A stretch of 64,000 bases of DNA from Octopus sinensis (lineage: Eukaryota). The stretch is taken from contig NC_043009.1 in assembly GCF_006345805.1 (NCBI RefSeq), positions 32,302,001 through 32,366,000 on the forward strand. Reading direction: 5' to 3'. Each line of letters opens with the position of its first letter. Within the stretch, counting starts at the first letter, position 1. The notes under the pieces were generated by a model, which worked only from the letters and a program-made list of their open reading frames with translations, was not told the DNA's origin and did no database searches. This document shows, piece after piece, positions 38,960-52,593 of this stretch. The position numbers were made by a program, and so were the translations under genes.

Positions 38960-39324
38960 CACTTAGGCATAGCATTAACTAATAACCTAGTGTAGAACTC
39001 AATATGGTCCGGAAAACAATGTTATATGAGTATAGAGTAGTATTCAAATATTACGTAATACACTTCATTAGCTTGTCGCTGTTTTGGTGGAGTGGTGGAG
39101 TCTTAGTGAATATCAGGATAACGACCTATAGCTTCATCAGAACCATGACTATGAAGTGCCCTTTATTTGGGAAAAGTACATTGTCAGAATATAGAGGTGT
39201 TATGAGTGAGAACGTTTACCTGATTGTACTAGAAAGTTCTATTCCAATGTAGAAAAAAGTATGCAAATATACGTATGCGCTGAGAGTAGAAATTATAGGG
39301 GAGACATATGGCTAAACACTCGTT

Positions 39325-39401
<77 letters not shown>

Positions 39402-40747
39402 GTGTGCGAGTGTTAAGATACATTATTGAATTTTGTTCCATTTTATATTGAAAAATTACGTATTTGTATATATATTTATATTTTCTTATAAGATAATGTA
39501 CGTATATTTATTTAATTATTTTATTGTTTTTATCTTGGACTTGATGAGTGACTATATTTAAATTGAATTGATTTAACTGTTATCAGTTGGAAAATATTGC
39601 CACGAAACACGTGTTGTGTATTTACTAATTATATACTATTTATTTATTATTTTGTACTTTATTTAGTTCTAGGTAAATGCTTTATCGTATATTTAATTTT
39701 TTTGTATATGGCATGATTTAATTATATCATTGTTGAATTGCTACACTCTCTACCATATACTTGAAACTGTGTATAAAATTATGATGACATCAACTATTGT
39801 TTACTTTCAAATTCGTTGTGCATATTGTACTATGAGTTAATTGGTTGGTCGCTTAGTGAGAAAGTGTCGTAAATGTCTGTCTGATGTAACAGTTTAAGTC
39901 AAGACGTTTACAACTTTTATGTAGAGAACGAAACGTGCATATAGTATTAATTGTTTGAAGAACTTTCTTTGATTTATGAGCTTGATTTTGTATGCATATC
40001 AGGTGCCTATTTCATGCTGGTGTCTATGATTTTGCGCCTTGAGTTCATATAGTCGGGGGAGGTCGGTTCAATGCGTTTTTAATGATATATTTAGGGACGA
40101 AAATGTAAAAGCCTTTCTCAGAACAGCACGCAGAATGTTTTGTATATATGAGGTACCATGAATATATATAAGTATTTATATGTGACTTTCTGTATGCAGA
40201 AACACGCCATGCATATTATTTTCTATTCTTGCATTTATAACTAAGAATGAGTTGGTATTTGTATCAGAATTGATGCTGGAGTATATTGGATTGCTCTCCA
40301 TCCAAATAAAGTGCTATAATATACAGAATCTTTGTAGTATTCCAGCATATGACAAATTTTGCTTTAACTTCTCACTGCACACACTGATGTCAAATTACAT
40401 TACTTATCTCGGCTACAATCGTAAATATGGTAAATATATATATTAAAAAAATAGTCAGACTTGACATTCTCTGTCAGTTCCTTGAGGCTGTTGATGATAA
40501 ACGTATTATAAAAACTGATGGCAAACTGTGCAACTTATTGAAATTTGAAAGCGACAAACATCGAAGAAAACACGAAATAACTTATTTAGCAAGAACCTCG
40601 GGTCATGTCTACAAGGACAGAACTATCATGAAAAAGTTGTAATTTATAAAAGGAATAAAACCACATTCGTCTTTGTTAATTATTATAGTAATTAATACCT
40701 TTCCTCAGAATAACGCAAAATTCATCAACATTAAGTTAACAGCTTAC

Positions 40748-40958
40748 TTAAACTGAAATAGAATTAATTAATATGATTATTCTGCCTACACTGGTTCCAT
40801 AATAGCATATCTTTTGCAACAGATACGAGCAAACAGTCTGACAGACAACCTTTAAAACTGAAATTGAATGAATAAATATGATTACACTGCCTACACTGAT
40901 TCCATGAGAGCATATCGTTTGCAACAGATATGGACAAACAACTTGACAGACAACCTTG
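40748..40958. repeat. Diverged tandem duplication, 105-bp period
   Basis: CTGAAAT at 40753 and 40858; CAACCTT at 40846 and 40951. Confidence 0.85.
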
Positions 40959-41280
40959 AAAATAACTATAAACATACATTTATGATCCGATATAGTTCGA
41001 GTGTAAATTCTGACCATAACATCATGTCATTCTTGGATATAAATATAGAAATAAGGAGTAACACATAAGTGATCGGACTCCAAACAGACTGTTTGGTCAT
41101 TTATGGCTTTTACCTTATTTCATCGACATATTATGTAGTAAAATCGATAAAAAACAGTAGAGAGAACTTACTTTACTCTTTTGCACTGATTTTAACACAT
41201 ACAGCCTCACAATACATCAACACCCAAATCAAATGGTGTATAATGAAAGGTGATTATATCTTCGAAGATGAAAAATATTT
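40900..41280 (+). mobile_element. Possible highly decayed Penelope-like RT C-terminal fragment
   Basis: IW...MSFLDINIEI...QTD...YL.S...KNS...YSFAL.L loosely follows the PLE pattern FLD.I..KPTD..YL..S.HP..K.SI.YS.ALR. Weak. Confidence 0.3.
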
Positions 41281-41400
41281 GAAGTAATATTTCTCTTTAA
41301 GCGAGATGTTATATTTTTATCTTGCAAATAATCTTTAAACAAAGAAATCTTACGTGCAGAAAATTTTAGTTAACAATTCTTTCTGAAGTCAACATTTCGT

Positions 41401-41525
41401 GTGGAGGGGCTGGTCAACTACATCGACCCCCCACCCACCAGCACTCAGCTCTTACTTATTTTCTTGACTCAAAAGGGTGAAAGACAACGTCGTTCTCGGT
41501 AGCATTTGGGCTCAGAACGTAAAAC
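41401..41525 (-). mobile_element. SINE family B fragment, degenerate
   Basis: CATCGACCCC...GGGTGAAAGACAACGTCG...CTCAGAACGTAAA matches 48480-48590. Confidence 0.65.
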
Positions 41526-44010
41526 TGAGTTTTAGTTGATAATGAATTCTCTAATAGCTAAGTAGAACCGGTCGTAGAACCATGAAAGATAAAAATCCAC
41601 AATCACATATACCACAGATGCAGCATTTATTTAAATACACGAAGCTCTCATTGTATAGGGCGATAAACATACTTTCAATTATAAATGGATATATCATTAT
41701 AAAACTCATATGAAAGAAGGTATCATGCTTCACACCTAAATACAAACTCATATGTGTTACAATAACGCCAGAAAGAAAAATCTCCTCAACGACAAGAAAT
41801 CACGAACCAGTAAACAACAAAATTTACTTCAAACAACGAATATAATATAAAAAAAAATTAAACCTGGAATTCATAAATTTTTATGAAAGTTATGTCCTTT
41901 CGTATAACTGTTTCACTGGAGACTGAATTACGATACACTCGTTGGTTGATCATGCATCGATATTACAGAACCATCTAGTTGAGGCATTTAGGAATTTTTC
42001 TGCACTTTAGTGTTCCAAGTCAAAGACCGAAAAGAACTTTTACAATATATGAAAAAAAAAAATTCTATACAACATAATATATTCTATAGAGCACACATAA
42101 ATACGTATAGACATATACATGTTTATTACTATTTAGAAATTTAATATTGCAATATATATAATAGAGAGGTAATAAACGCCAGAGATATGAATGCTGAAAA
42201 TGTAGCCCCAAGAATGATTTGCACAAATTTATCTCTCGATCAAGATCACACGATTGCTGCCTTCAAATAAATATTTCGTTTATTGTGGAAATTAAACCAT
42301 TTGAAATAACATTTCACATCATAAAACTACACCGAAATGATTTTTGACTTTGGTGCAAAGCCATCATTTATAGAGAAGGAATCGTGAAATTAATAAATGT
42401 TGTCCATATTGCTGTAAATAGCATTAGCAATGTAGGCAAAAAGAATTACATTTAACATGGAGTAGAAATCAGCTTGTCTATTTAAATCTGCAGGAACTAT
42501 TTTCACGTCACTTTCTAGTAGTTTAAATAGCTTTGCTTCATATTTTAAAAGAAACCAATCATAATTTCATTTAATGTATCTCAGAAACAGATTTTCAATT
42601 TTGCAGCAGTTTTATTAACACCACTCCGCTATGATGTATGAAGAGAAATTTTCAAAAAAAATATTGAATAGTTTTTCATTAGATTTTATTTATTGTAAGG
42701 CCAAAGCATTGCAATATAATTTATTCACTGGCTTCTACTCATCATTCTATTATGGGATTCCAATACCCTTTCTTATTTTTTCCTTTTATTTGCTAATATT
42801 TTTCTTCCCCTTTTTTCTTTTACATTTTGCATTTGCGATTTGTTTGTATTTTTAAGGGATGTCGAAATATTTTCAGCTTGGCCAGCGATTTAAGTTTAAA
42901 TACTCTCAAAACATCAAAATGTCAGAAAATTCACTGAACCATTACAATGATCAATTTCTTTTTTAAGTGATACATTTTAATTATGATTTATCAGTGAGCA
43001 TTTCTCCTACGTAGCAAACTGGAAAAAATATGTAAAGGAACATATTAAAAAATATATTATAAAACAAGAAAAAAATATCATACACGTACACAGAAGAGAA
43101 AACCTCCATCGAAATGTTATTATTACCAACATCAACTTCCCCAATTCCTGCTTCTAATGAAATGAAATATGCAGAAACTGATAGAATGTGTATTTTTCCT
43201 CTTATTTTCGGTATTTATTTGATTCCCTTTATTGTTTATTTATTCAAAAATGGATGCAATATTTAGGTGCAACTACTGCATATTAATTGGTTTAAAGGAA
43301 ATTTATGCAATATTTCATACATTTCCCATTAGAAATGGTAAGAGAACTTTTCCAATTTACAATGGTGTTAGAAACTTTTCAATTTTAGATGGCGCTACCA
43401 ATTTCAGAATTTGCAAATGATAAAACATTATATTTCTATTTATGTAATATAAAAATATTATTAACAAATTTATGCTTTTGATTCATAAAAAATAGTTTGA
43501 TATTAGCATGTTTAAATTATGAAAATTGCTTCAACTTGTATTACATGGAGCGATTTTCAGCAGATTTTCTGTTTGGAAATATTTTATAAATTCCTTAATC
43601 TGAGAATAATATAATAAATGTTGCAATTTGATGATGGTATGTAATTATTCTGTATTTCTTTTGTAATTGCTCTTTAATTTTATAATGTCCGCAGAAGTCC
43701 GATAATGAAATTTAGTATTTATAATTATTGAGTTTCGTATCGAGTCATTTGGAAACTATTGGCAGAGTTTCTGATCGTGATATATCAGTAATGAGAGCGG
43801 CTTAAGAATTATATCCTTTGGATATGTTGCAAATACTACAATTGTCTGCAAAAAAATATTATGCTCCGCTGTAGTAAAAAACAAACAAACAAACAAAAAA
43901 AACACTATAATTCTAGCATTGACATCTACGATTAATAATTGTTGCATCAATCCTTTGCAAAGATTTTTTTTAACCCTTGTGCATCGAAATTTCATCATGA
44001 ATTCTATAAA

Positions 44011-44211
44011 GGAGCAGTCGTGACTGTATGGTGTGTATGCTTCCCAAACCACATGATCCAGAGTTCAGTCCCACTGCGTAGCACCTTGTGCAAGTGTCTT
44101 CTACTATAGCCTCGAACCGACCAAAGCCTTGTGAGTGGATTTGGTAGACGGAAATTGAATGAAGCCCATCGTATATGCGTGTGTATATGTATACATATAT
44201 GTGTGAGTGTG

Positions 44212-44263
<52 letters not shown>

Positions 44264-44750
44264 CATATATATGTGTCTATAGATACATAGTTGTGATACC
44301 TGTGCCGGTGACACATAACAAAGCACCATCCGAACGTGGCCGTTGCCAGTGCAGCCTCCACTGGCTTCTGTGCCGGTGGCACATAAAAGGCACCATCCGA
44401 ACGTGACCGATGCCAACCCTGCCTCGAATGGCTTCTGTGCCGGTGGCACATAAAAAGCACCATCCGAACGTGGCCGATGCCAGCATCGCCTTGACTGGCT
44501 TCTGTGCCGGTAGCACATAAAAAAGCACCAACCGATCGTGGCCGATGCCAGACCCCTCTGGCACCTGTGCAAGTGGCACGTAAAAAGCACCCACTACACT
44601 CGCGGAGTGGTTGGCGTTAGGAAGGGCATCCAGCTGTAGAAACACTGCCAGATCAGACTGGAGCCTGGGGCAGCCCCTGGCTCCCCAGACCCCGGTCGAA
44701 CCGTCCAACCCGTGCTAGCGCGGAAAACGGACGTTAAACGATGATGATGA

Positions 44751-44786
<36 letters not shown>

Positions 44787-45020
44787 TGTATGTATGTATG
44801 TATGTATGTATGTGTGTGTGTGCCTGTGTTAGTCCTCCCACCATTACTTGACAACCGAGGTTGGTGTGTTTACGTCACCGTAACTTAGTGGTTCGGCAAA
44901 AGAAACCGATGTAATAAGTACTAGGCTTATAAAGAATAAGTCATGGTGTTAATTTGTTCGACAAAGGGCGGTGCTCCAGCATGGCCACAGTCAGATGACT
45001 TGAAACCAGTAAAAGAATAA
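44011..45020 (+). mobile_element. SINE family A copy interrupted in its central microsatellite by another element
   Basis: 5' half at 44011-44171 (GAGTTCAGTCCC B-box). 3' half at ~44815-45020 with the CAGTAAAAGAATAA tail. Confidence 0.85.
44296..44750 (+). mobile_element. 5'-truncated SINE/RTE-tail-type element with tandem ~67-bp units and (TGA)n tail
   Basis: Units begin CTGTGC at 44300, 44368, 44435, 44502 and 44565, then GGCGTTAGGAAGGGCATCCAGCTGTAGAAAC...GGACGTTAAACGATGATGATGA. RTE affinity is from recalled 3' tails. Confidence 0.75.
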
Positions 45021-47219
45021 AATAATAAAAAAGTAAACGAATACATGACAGAAGCTCAAACGTAAAGCTGGAAGTACGTGTGATACTGCTACTGGATAGC
45101 AGAGGGCGAAATCTGAAGGTGGACGATCTGTATTCTGTACTCTACTACGTCCTTAACAGAATATACCATAGCTATATGCACATATATAAATATATATATA
45201 TATATATTATATATATATATATATATAATATATATATATATTGGATGGACGGAAGGGGTGGCAGTGTGGGAGGGGTCAGTTATTCTTTAAATGGTTATAC
45301 CCACTAAATCTACACACCGTGTATCGTATTTCCATGAAAAATATTCTGCTTTCCCTCATATGAATTGATATTAAGAATCTGATACATGGAGTTTATTCGA
45401 TGGCTATAACATCGAGTGTTTACGTCATCATATCTTCATAACTAGAACGGTTAGTAATATTGCTATCTGTCTCAAACCATTTAATGAGGAACCATAATAT
45501 ATTTATCAAGAGCTGCAATATTTTCTTGACGATCCATGATACCAATGTTTAAACAAGATTTTAAAATTATTAACTAAACAAGCACGGTCTCTCTTCATGG
45601 TGTCATTACTTTAATCTGTAATTAAACTGTAATGGCAGCGCCCATACTCACTTGAAAGGACTTCGGTGACAAGCAGGTGAAATAGAGGAAGTTTTACTTG
45701 ACACGTGACCCGGCTCCAAAGCTTGTCATGAAACGGTTTCTTTCAAATGCGCCCTAACACCAAATGGTGTCAGTGACACGCTGCAGAATGAAGCCAGTCA
45801 ACTACAGATTACGTTTCTAATAGATCGAGACCAACGCTTTTCTAGAACGCAATCCCTGACTGATATATCTAGAAACGAACTATCTAAAAGGAATATGAGC
45901 CGACAAATCGTTACTAGGCAGTATCTTATATAATCTGTATTACTCTATGGATAGAATATTTTTCGTTGGTTGATGATGTTAAGTTGTAGACGGATGCCTT
46001 TTTTTTTTTACTTGGCCAGCTATGACACACATTACAAACACAGCGCTTGGAAACGCGCTCAATTAACTGTGTACTGCTGTTCAAATATTCAACGTAATAC
46101 CCGAAACAAGTTTCAAAGCTGAACTGTTAGACTAATACAATTATCCATGATGCAAGGTATGGTACAGTACTATGTGTTGGTAAGCAGGCAATGCTGACAA
46201 GTTGAGATTATACTAAACAAAAGACTAATGTACTTTAACAAAAGTAGAGAGATGTTACATTTGTATAATTATTATTTCTCAGTCAATGCACTAATAACAA
46301 TAATTAATCATGATCAATCACAAATTCCTATTTCACAACCACAACTACCATCCTATTCCATAATACACATTTCATTTCACCAATCAATGATGAAAACAAT
46401 AATCAATGCTAATGCACATTTGTTCTATATAACTAAATTCCCCAGCACCTCTAGTATGCTGCATCTTATGCATTCCACTTATTACCAATTGGTGTTCGAT
46501 AATAAAACACTGTGTTTGATAATTGCATAATAGTCAAAGATTTTGAAATATTCGACGGTATTCGTTTGATTTTGGTACACATTTAAATACAAAAGATGTT
46601 TTCACTTGTGCTCTCAAAACATTCCATTTGGTGTAACTTAAAATATAGATTATCATATTTCTGATTTCTCATTATTTGGAGTTAAGCTGGTTCTTGTTGC
46701 CTCTATCCAATCACCATTTTTCATGGACAAAACAGTAGAAAGTTGGAGAAAGTGAAATGATGTGGTTGCTTCTCAGAGACAGATTTTAATGAAAAATATG
46801 TGAATGTATACGCGTGTGAGTGTGCGAACGCACGTGTATATCTATGTGTGTGTGTATATATATATGTGTGTATATGTTTTTAAGTGTATGTATGTATTTT
46901 ATTTGTGTAGCAAGAAAGAGGGAAAGAGAAGTTGGAGAGGATGTGAAATAAACTTATAAGAAGGCGCAGCTAAGGCGTAATAAGATTGATAAATTACGAG
47001 AGGGGGAGAAAAGGAAAGAGTGGCCTATATGGAGAGGAGGAAGAGCTATGAGCTAAGTCATCTCGGGTTACTGAATCTTCATGGTATCCAATGAGGATAG
47101 AATTTTATTATGTTTTAGGGACAATTTTATGCAATGGCTTTAGTTAGATTTTCTCATATCACCATGTGGGTAGTAATATAAATTTATTGGTATTTGGTGG
47201 CAAATAAAAGAAATCGTTA

Positions 47220-47631
47220 TTATGATTAATAGTATCGTCATCATTATCATCATAACCATGTGACTTATAGTTTATTGCCATCATTGTTATCGTTGGCATC
47301 ATCGTCATCACCGCCATTGTTATCATCATCATCGTCATCCGCAGCAACAACAGAATAACGTTCTTCAACAACCTCGCCGTCTTCTTAATATTCCTGTCCA
47401 TCATATCGTGTGGATATTGTAATTTCTTGTTAAGAATATCATGTTCGTCATCACGAGCACTATCATTTTTATAACCACTATCATCATCATCATCATCATC
47501 ATCATCATCGCTATACCATCGTTATGATCGTCTTCGTCGTAGTAGTCATCAGAAACAGTCGTCACTATCACAAGAGAACCACTATTACCCGTCATTATTA
47601 TCACCGCTACTGACATCATCATCATCATCAA

Positions 47632-47675
<44 letters not shown>

Positions 47676-47700
47676 GCATCATCATCACTATCATCATTTT
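47220..47700. repeat. Cryptic (ATC)n/(GTC)n trinucleotide region
   Basis: Directly visible degenerate ATC repeats. Confidence 0.85.
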
Positions 47701-47944
47701 GACGAAAGTATTTTCATTTAAATACCACTGACATAATATCAACATTGAATATTCTATTCTGTTCAAATTAATATTTCTATTTAATAAAATTTAATTCAGT
47801 CGACCGGGACGAAACAGTCTAAACCAGCCAGTTTCAAAACGTGATAAACAGTGGTATCTTAAGTCAACCATTCTGTTTAGCTGACCCAATTACATTATTT
47901 ATAATATCCCTGTGTTTTGGTTTCGGCTGACAGACGTAACTAAG

Positions 47945-48080
47945 ACGGCGAACTGGCAGGCTCGTTCGAGCGTCGGATGAGCTCTGCGCTCTTTTCAATA
48001 AGGTCCTCAACAACTTTGCCTCTCATCCAGTCACGATCAATAAATAAATTACTGGTTCAGCACTGGGTAGTAGCCCCTAT
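47945..48080 (+). mobile_element. Degenerate SINE family B-like copy
   Basis: GGCGAACTGGCAG...CTTTGCCTCTCATCC...TACTGGTT..GCACTGGG resembles 51251-51420. Confidence 0.5.
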
Positions 48081-48240
48081 CTCTCTTTCTCTCTTTTACT
48101 CTCTCTCTCCCTCATTTAGTCTCTCTTTTTCTTTTCCATTCTCTCCCTCCCCCCCCTCTCTCTCTCTCTCTCTTCTTATTACACTGTATCTCACTGATTC
48201 GTCTTGAGTATTACTTCAACGGTACACGTGTCTATAAATA

Positions 48241-48647
48241 TTATTTCTTTATTTCCCACATGGGGCTAAACATAGAGGTGTGAAACATGGACAGAGAAAG
48301 GAATCAAGTCGCATCGACCCCAGTGCGTAACTGGTACGTATTTGATTGACACCGAAAAGCTGAAAGGCAAAGTCGACTTCGGCGGAACTTGAACTCAAAA
48401 CGTGGAGACAGACGAAATACCTATTTCATTACTACCCAAAAGGGGCTAAACACAGAGAGGACAAACAAGGACAGACAATCGGATTAAGTCGATTACATCG
48501 ACTCCATTACTTAACCGGTACTTAATTTATCGACCCCGAAAGGATGAAAGGCAAAGTCGACCTAGGCGGATTTGAACTCAGGACGTAACGGCAGACGAAA
48601 TACGTCTACGCATTTCGCCCGGCGTGCTAACGTTTCTGCCAGCTCAC
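48241..48647 (-). mobile_element. SINE family B with tandem second body unit (183-bp period)
   Basis: Complete copy 48647-48421, followed by a headless repeat 48420-48241. GACGAAATAC occurs at 48594 and 48411. Confidence 0.85.
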
Positions 48648-49734
48648 CTATAAAATGTGCATTCACTTACATGTTTATTTGCAGAGCGGATAATCATTTA
48701 GTCACAAAAGTGAATGTCGATCTTCGACACAGACGGAAGATTCACTATTTTATAATCTTTGATACTTATTTCTCACATTGGAGCTCCTTATTGGCAGATG
48801 TTACAGACTTAACACCAAAGCATGACAGACTACATTTGGTCATTACATTATTCTGAAGGAACATATTATATTTTGTGTAAAATATGTATATCTGATGCAA
48901 TCCACACAGGCATAGTTGCATTGATTATGTATTAGTTACAAAGCTACAAAATTCTGGACCAATGCCACTGCAGGTTGTATTAGTGAAGTGACTACTGCAA
49001 TAACATCCTGTCGGCCAACAGCATCTACATAAGATTCTGTAGAGAGCAGAAACATGAAAGTTGTCGGAAGGACTATTTTTGTTCCTTTAGACAGTAAAAT
49101 TCATTCTTTCCCCGATTTAATTCCCCGCCCCACATACATTACCCTCATAGTCAGCCTCAAGAAAACTTCTTTCCTTCATTCCTTCCATCAATCTGAAAAG
49201 TTCTGAAAATCTTGTGTCAGCTGTACTTGGTTCTCTTAACAAGTCATAAACCATCTATGATATTTAAGATGTTGTTATCGATTAGGAAGTTTTAATAGCG
49301 GCTGAGAAATGGGGATTGCCCCCAATGAACCATACTCAATATCTACAGTCATGACTTTTCAATTATGGTCATGTAGAGGGCAGTTCAGCGCATTGATTTC
49401 ACCAACATAGAGCTTTGTTTTTGTTTTTTTTTAAGAAAGAATAATATTTACTCGATAGATTCTTCATAAGGAAAGCTAATTAAAGTAGCAAGAATATCGA
49501 CACAGACTGAATATAAATATAAATGTAATAACCAAAACAAACATCTTCATTTTGCGGATAACTTACAAATAGGAAAACGTGGTACGAAGCAATTTTCTAA
49601 ATGGAGTGGCAAATGTTAAATTGTCACAGTCTGAATACAATTTTTTTTTTCTTTTTTGTTAATTATTTTTATCTTAAAATTAAGTACACTTAAGCGGAAG
49701 AGAAATACAATGTATAAACGCAGACACAGTACAC

Positions 49735-49740
49735 ACACAC

Positions 49741-49795
<55 letters not shown>
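49735..49795. repeat. (CA)n microsatellite
   Basis: Directly visible. Confidence 0.9.
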
Positions 49796-49796
<1 letters not shown>

Positions 49797-49927
49797 GGCA
49801 CACACATAAACATATATATGTGTTCGTTTATGTTCATACAAATGATTCTATGTTTACATGCGTCTATCTGTATGTGTGTTTATTCTTTCTTTCTCATTGT
49901 ACACATACATACTAGTCTGTATATATA

Positions 49928-50039
<112 letters not shown>

Positions 50040-51250
50040 AGTATATATGAGTATATTTATATAAATGTGTACATTTATGTAGCAGTTAATTGTGACATAC
50101 AGTTGTAATAATTGTGCTATTCATATTTTTAGGCCTTTCCTATTGAGTTGATAGCTATTTTTGTTCAGTTAACCAGACAAAAGTGTCCAAAAATGCCAAT
50201 CTTATTTTCTATGTAAATGCAGCATATGAAAACTCAACGTCGTGATTATCGATGTAGAAATAACTTGTGTTCGTTATTAAGTGCCGTCTTCTGAAATACC
50301 AGGAATCTCTTGAGATGACCACCCATTTATCAATTTATACTTAAGTTGCTTTTTACAATTATTTCACCGTATCTTCTCATTGTCTCTGAAAATAAATGCA
50401 TCACATTATATTTTACTTCATCTCTTCCAGAATTACTTGTCTTCAAATATAAATGTGTATCATTTTATGTTTTGTGTTGAACGAGGAAGTTTATAAGTTT
50501 ATGAGGGTTTCTAAATCACAAGTACATTATTCACTTTGTTACAAATTCATTGCTGCTTGTTTGTAATGTCACTGTATTTCCTTTTCTCGTTCAGTCAGTC
50601 TCTCTCCACTCTCTTGCTCTTTCTCTCTCTATATAAGAAGGTGATAATAATTAGGTCACACTGTGTAACATTGAGATGCAGATTGTCTGGCAAAAGTACT
50701 TGTCTTTTGGCTAAACAAGAAATAAAAGCGCATATCATGTAGCATTCAGTTGCTTCTCATTGATATTTTCGAAGTAGACGTAAATGGCTCCATGATCTAT
50801 TTACTGCCTTAGACAACAGATTTAACGAGTATTAATGTAATAGGAGACAAATACAGGTGATGAATTTTAACTTACTACAATGTTTGTATGCGAATCTATA
50901 ATTTCAATGTGTTACTTCAACAAAAAACTGTCTTGTTATTCTATACAATCACATTGGCAGGCAGGATAGACAAATATCAAGATTTAGATAAAGAGTTGCA
51001 CCAAACACGTTGTGTAATATTTCCATTCAATTTCCATTCAACAGCTGTGACAGGATACAACAAAAGCCATGTAGTAATATAAGGCTTGGAGTGTACTCAT
51101 GAATGTACAATTTTTATGCATTATGGAACAATGGAGTTCACTTCCTTCATCAGGATTTTGGCTGCACTACGTGATTTCTTGGATTGGTACCAGTTGACCC
51201 GATGCCTGCAGTATAAAATGGATCGACAGAAACTTACTAAAATAAGGTTT

Positions 51251-51508
51251 CGAGCTGGCAGAAACGTTAGCACGCCGGGCGAAATACTTAGCGGTATTTC
51301 GCCAGGCGAAATGCGTAGCCGTATTTCGTCTGCCGTTACGTTCTGAGTTCAAATTCTGCCGAGGTCGACTTTGCCTTTCATCCTTTCGGGATCGATTAAA
51401 TAAGTACCAGTTACGCATTGGGATCGATATAATCCATTCAATCCGTTTGCCTGTCCTTGTCTATCCCCTCTGTGTGTAGCCCCTTGTGGGCAGTAATGAA
51501 ATAAGAAA
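51251..51508 (+). mobile_element. tRNA-derived SINE family B, full length, with internal 27-bp duplication
   Basis: GAGCTGGCAGAAACGTTAG head, GAGTTCAAATTC B-box, and GGTCGACTTTGCCTTTCATCCTTTCGGG core (similar to conserved central SINE domains, from memory). Duplication at 51274-51300 / 51301-51327. Confidence 0.9.
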
Positions 51509-52560
51509 CATACTAGAATTCTATAGGATGGAATAGATTAAAGGGATCCGCATCGGCACACAGAATTGTTTCTCCCCGAGAATTTTGCAACCGTTATACA
51601 TACGCAAATGTGTAGACTACACAACTGCTTTCACGTTAACGCAATGATTATGCCATTTTGTTGATCTTCGAAGGTTTATATTAAAACTTGGGTATTTGAA
51701 AAGTAAAAGGGCGAATAATTGTGATGGTACTTTATAATCAACACCAAACTTTCAGTTAGCTGTTGACTCCTTACAGAATATATTGCTTTCCACCCGGGGT
51801 AAAGCCCCAAGCTCGGCTTGCATCAGTTTACCGGAATGTTAGAAATAAATCCACTTTAAAAGCTTCTGCAGGAAACGGTTTTCCCTTTGATATATTGATT
51901 TAAAACTATAAGAATGGAAGGCAACCCAAATCATCGATATTATTTTGGCGAAGATAGCTTCTAATTCCTTAATTATTGATTAGACTCGGTTTTGTTTTAT
52001 TCCGACAAATGATGTAGAATCGATTGATCGATTTTGTCTCTTAAAGAGAAACCTTTAATAAATTAGCGATCACAATTGCCCTAAAATCTGGGAGTCATAT
52101 TAGTTAACCTGATGTTTTTAAAGTGCTCAAATGAAGATCCGGGAACGGGGAACATTTTGTTATTTAAGAATCATCTCTGAAATAAAGCTGGGGAAATAAT
52201 TTATGAGATGAGTACCCATTGTGTCAAATGAAGGAATGGCTTCTTCTTTAAATGCAATGAACCCGATTTCTATAACATTTCGAAATTACCTGGTTTATGG
52301 ATTTATAAAGTTCTTGAATTTTTCAGGTCATACTATCTGATATACGATAATTTTTATAGCAATTTCAGCTTGAACTTTATAGATGGTTGCGTTGTGGTCA
52401 GAACCATGCTAATAGCTAAGGAGTGGAATTTAGAATTCTCGGTTTTCTGTGAATCGACTGTGATAAAACTTTCCCCAGATGGAAAGTTTACACATACACA
52501 CACACACTCACACGCACACACACACACACGCGCACACACACACACACCACACACACACAT

Positions 52561-52593
<33 letters not shown>

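Noticed and set aside
44300-44591. Regularly spaced repeats resembling a CRISPR array
   Set aside because: The inter-repeat segments are homologous to each other, the context is eukaryotic and there are no cas genes.
47806-47825. GGACGAAACAGTC, the 3' half of a hammerhead
   Set aside because: No CTGANGA or complementary helix II strand upstream.
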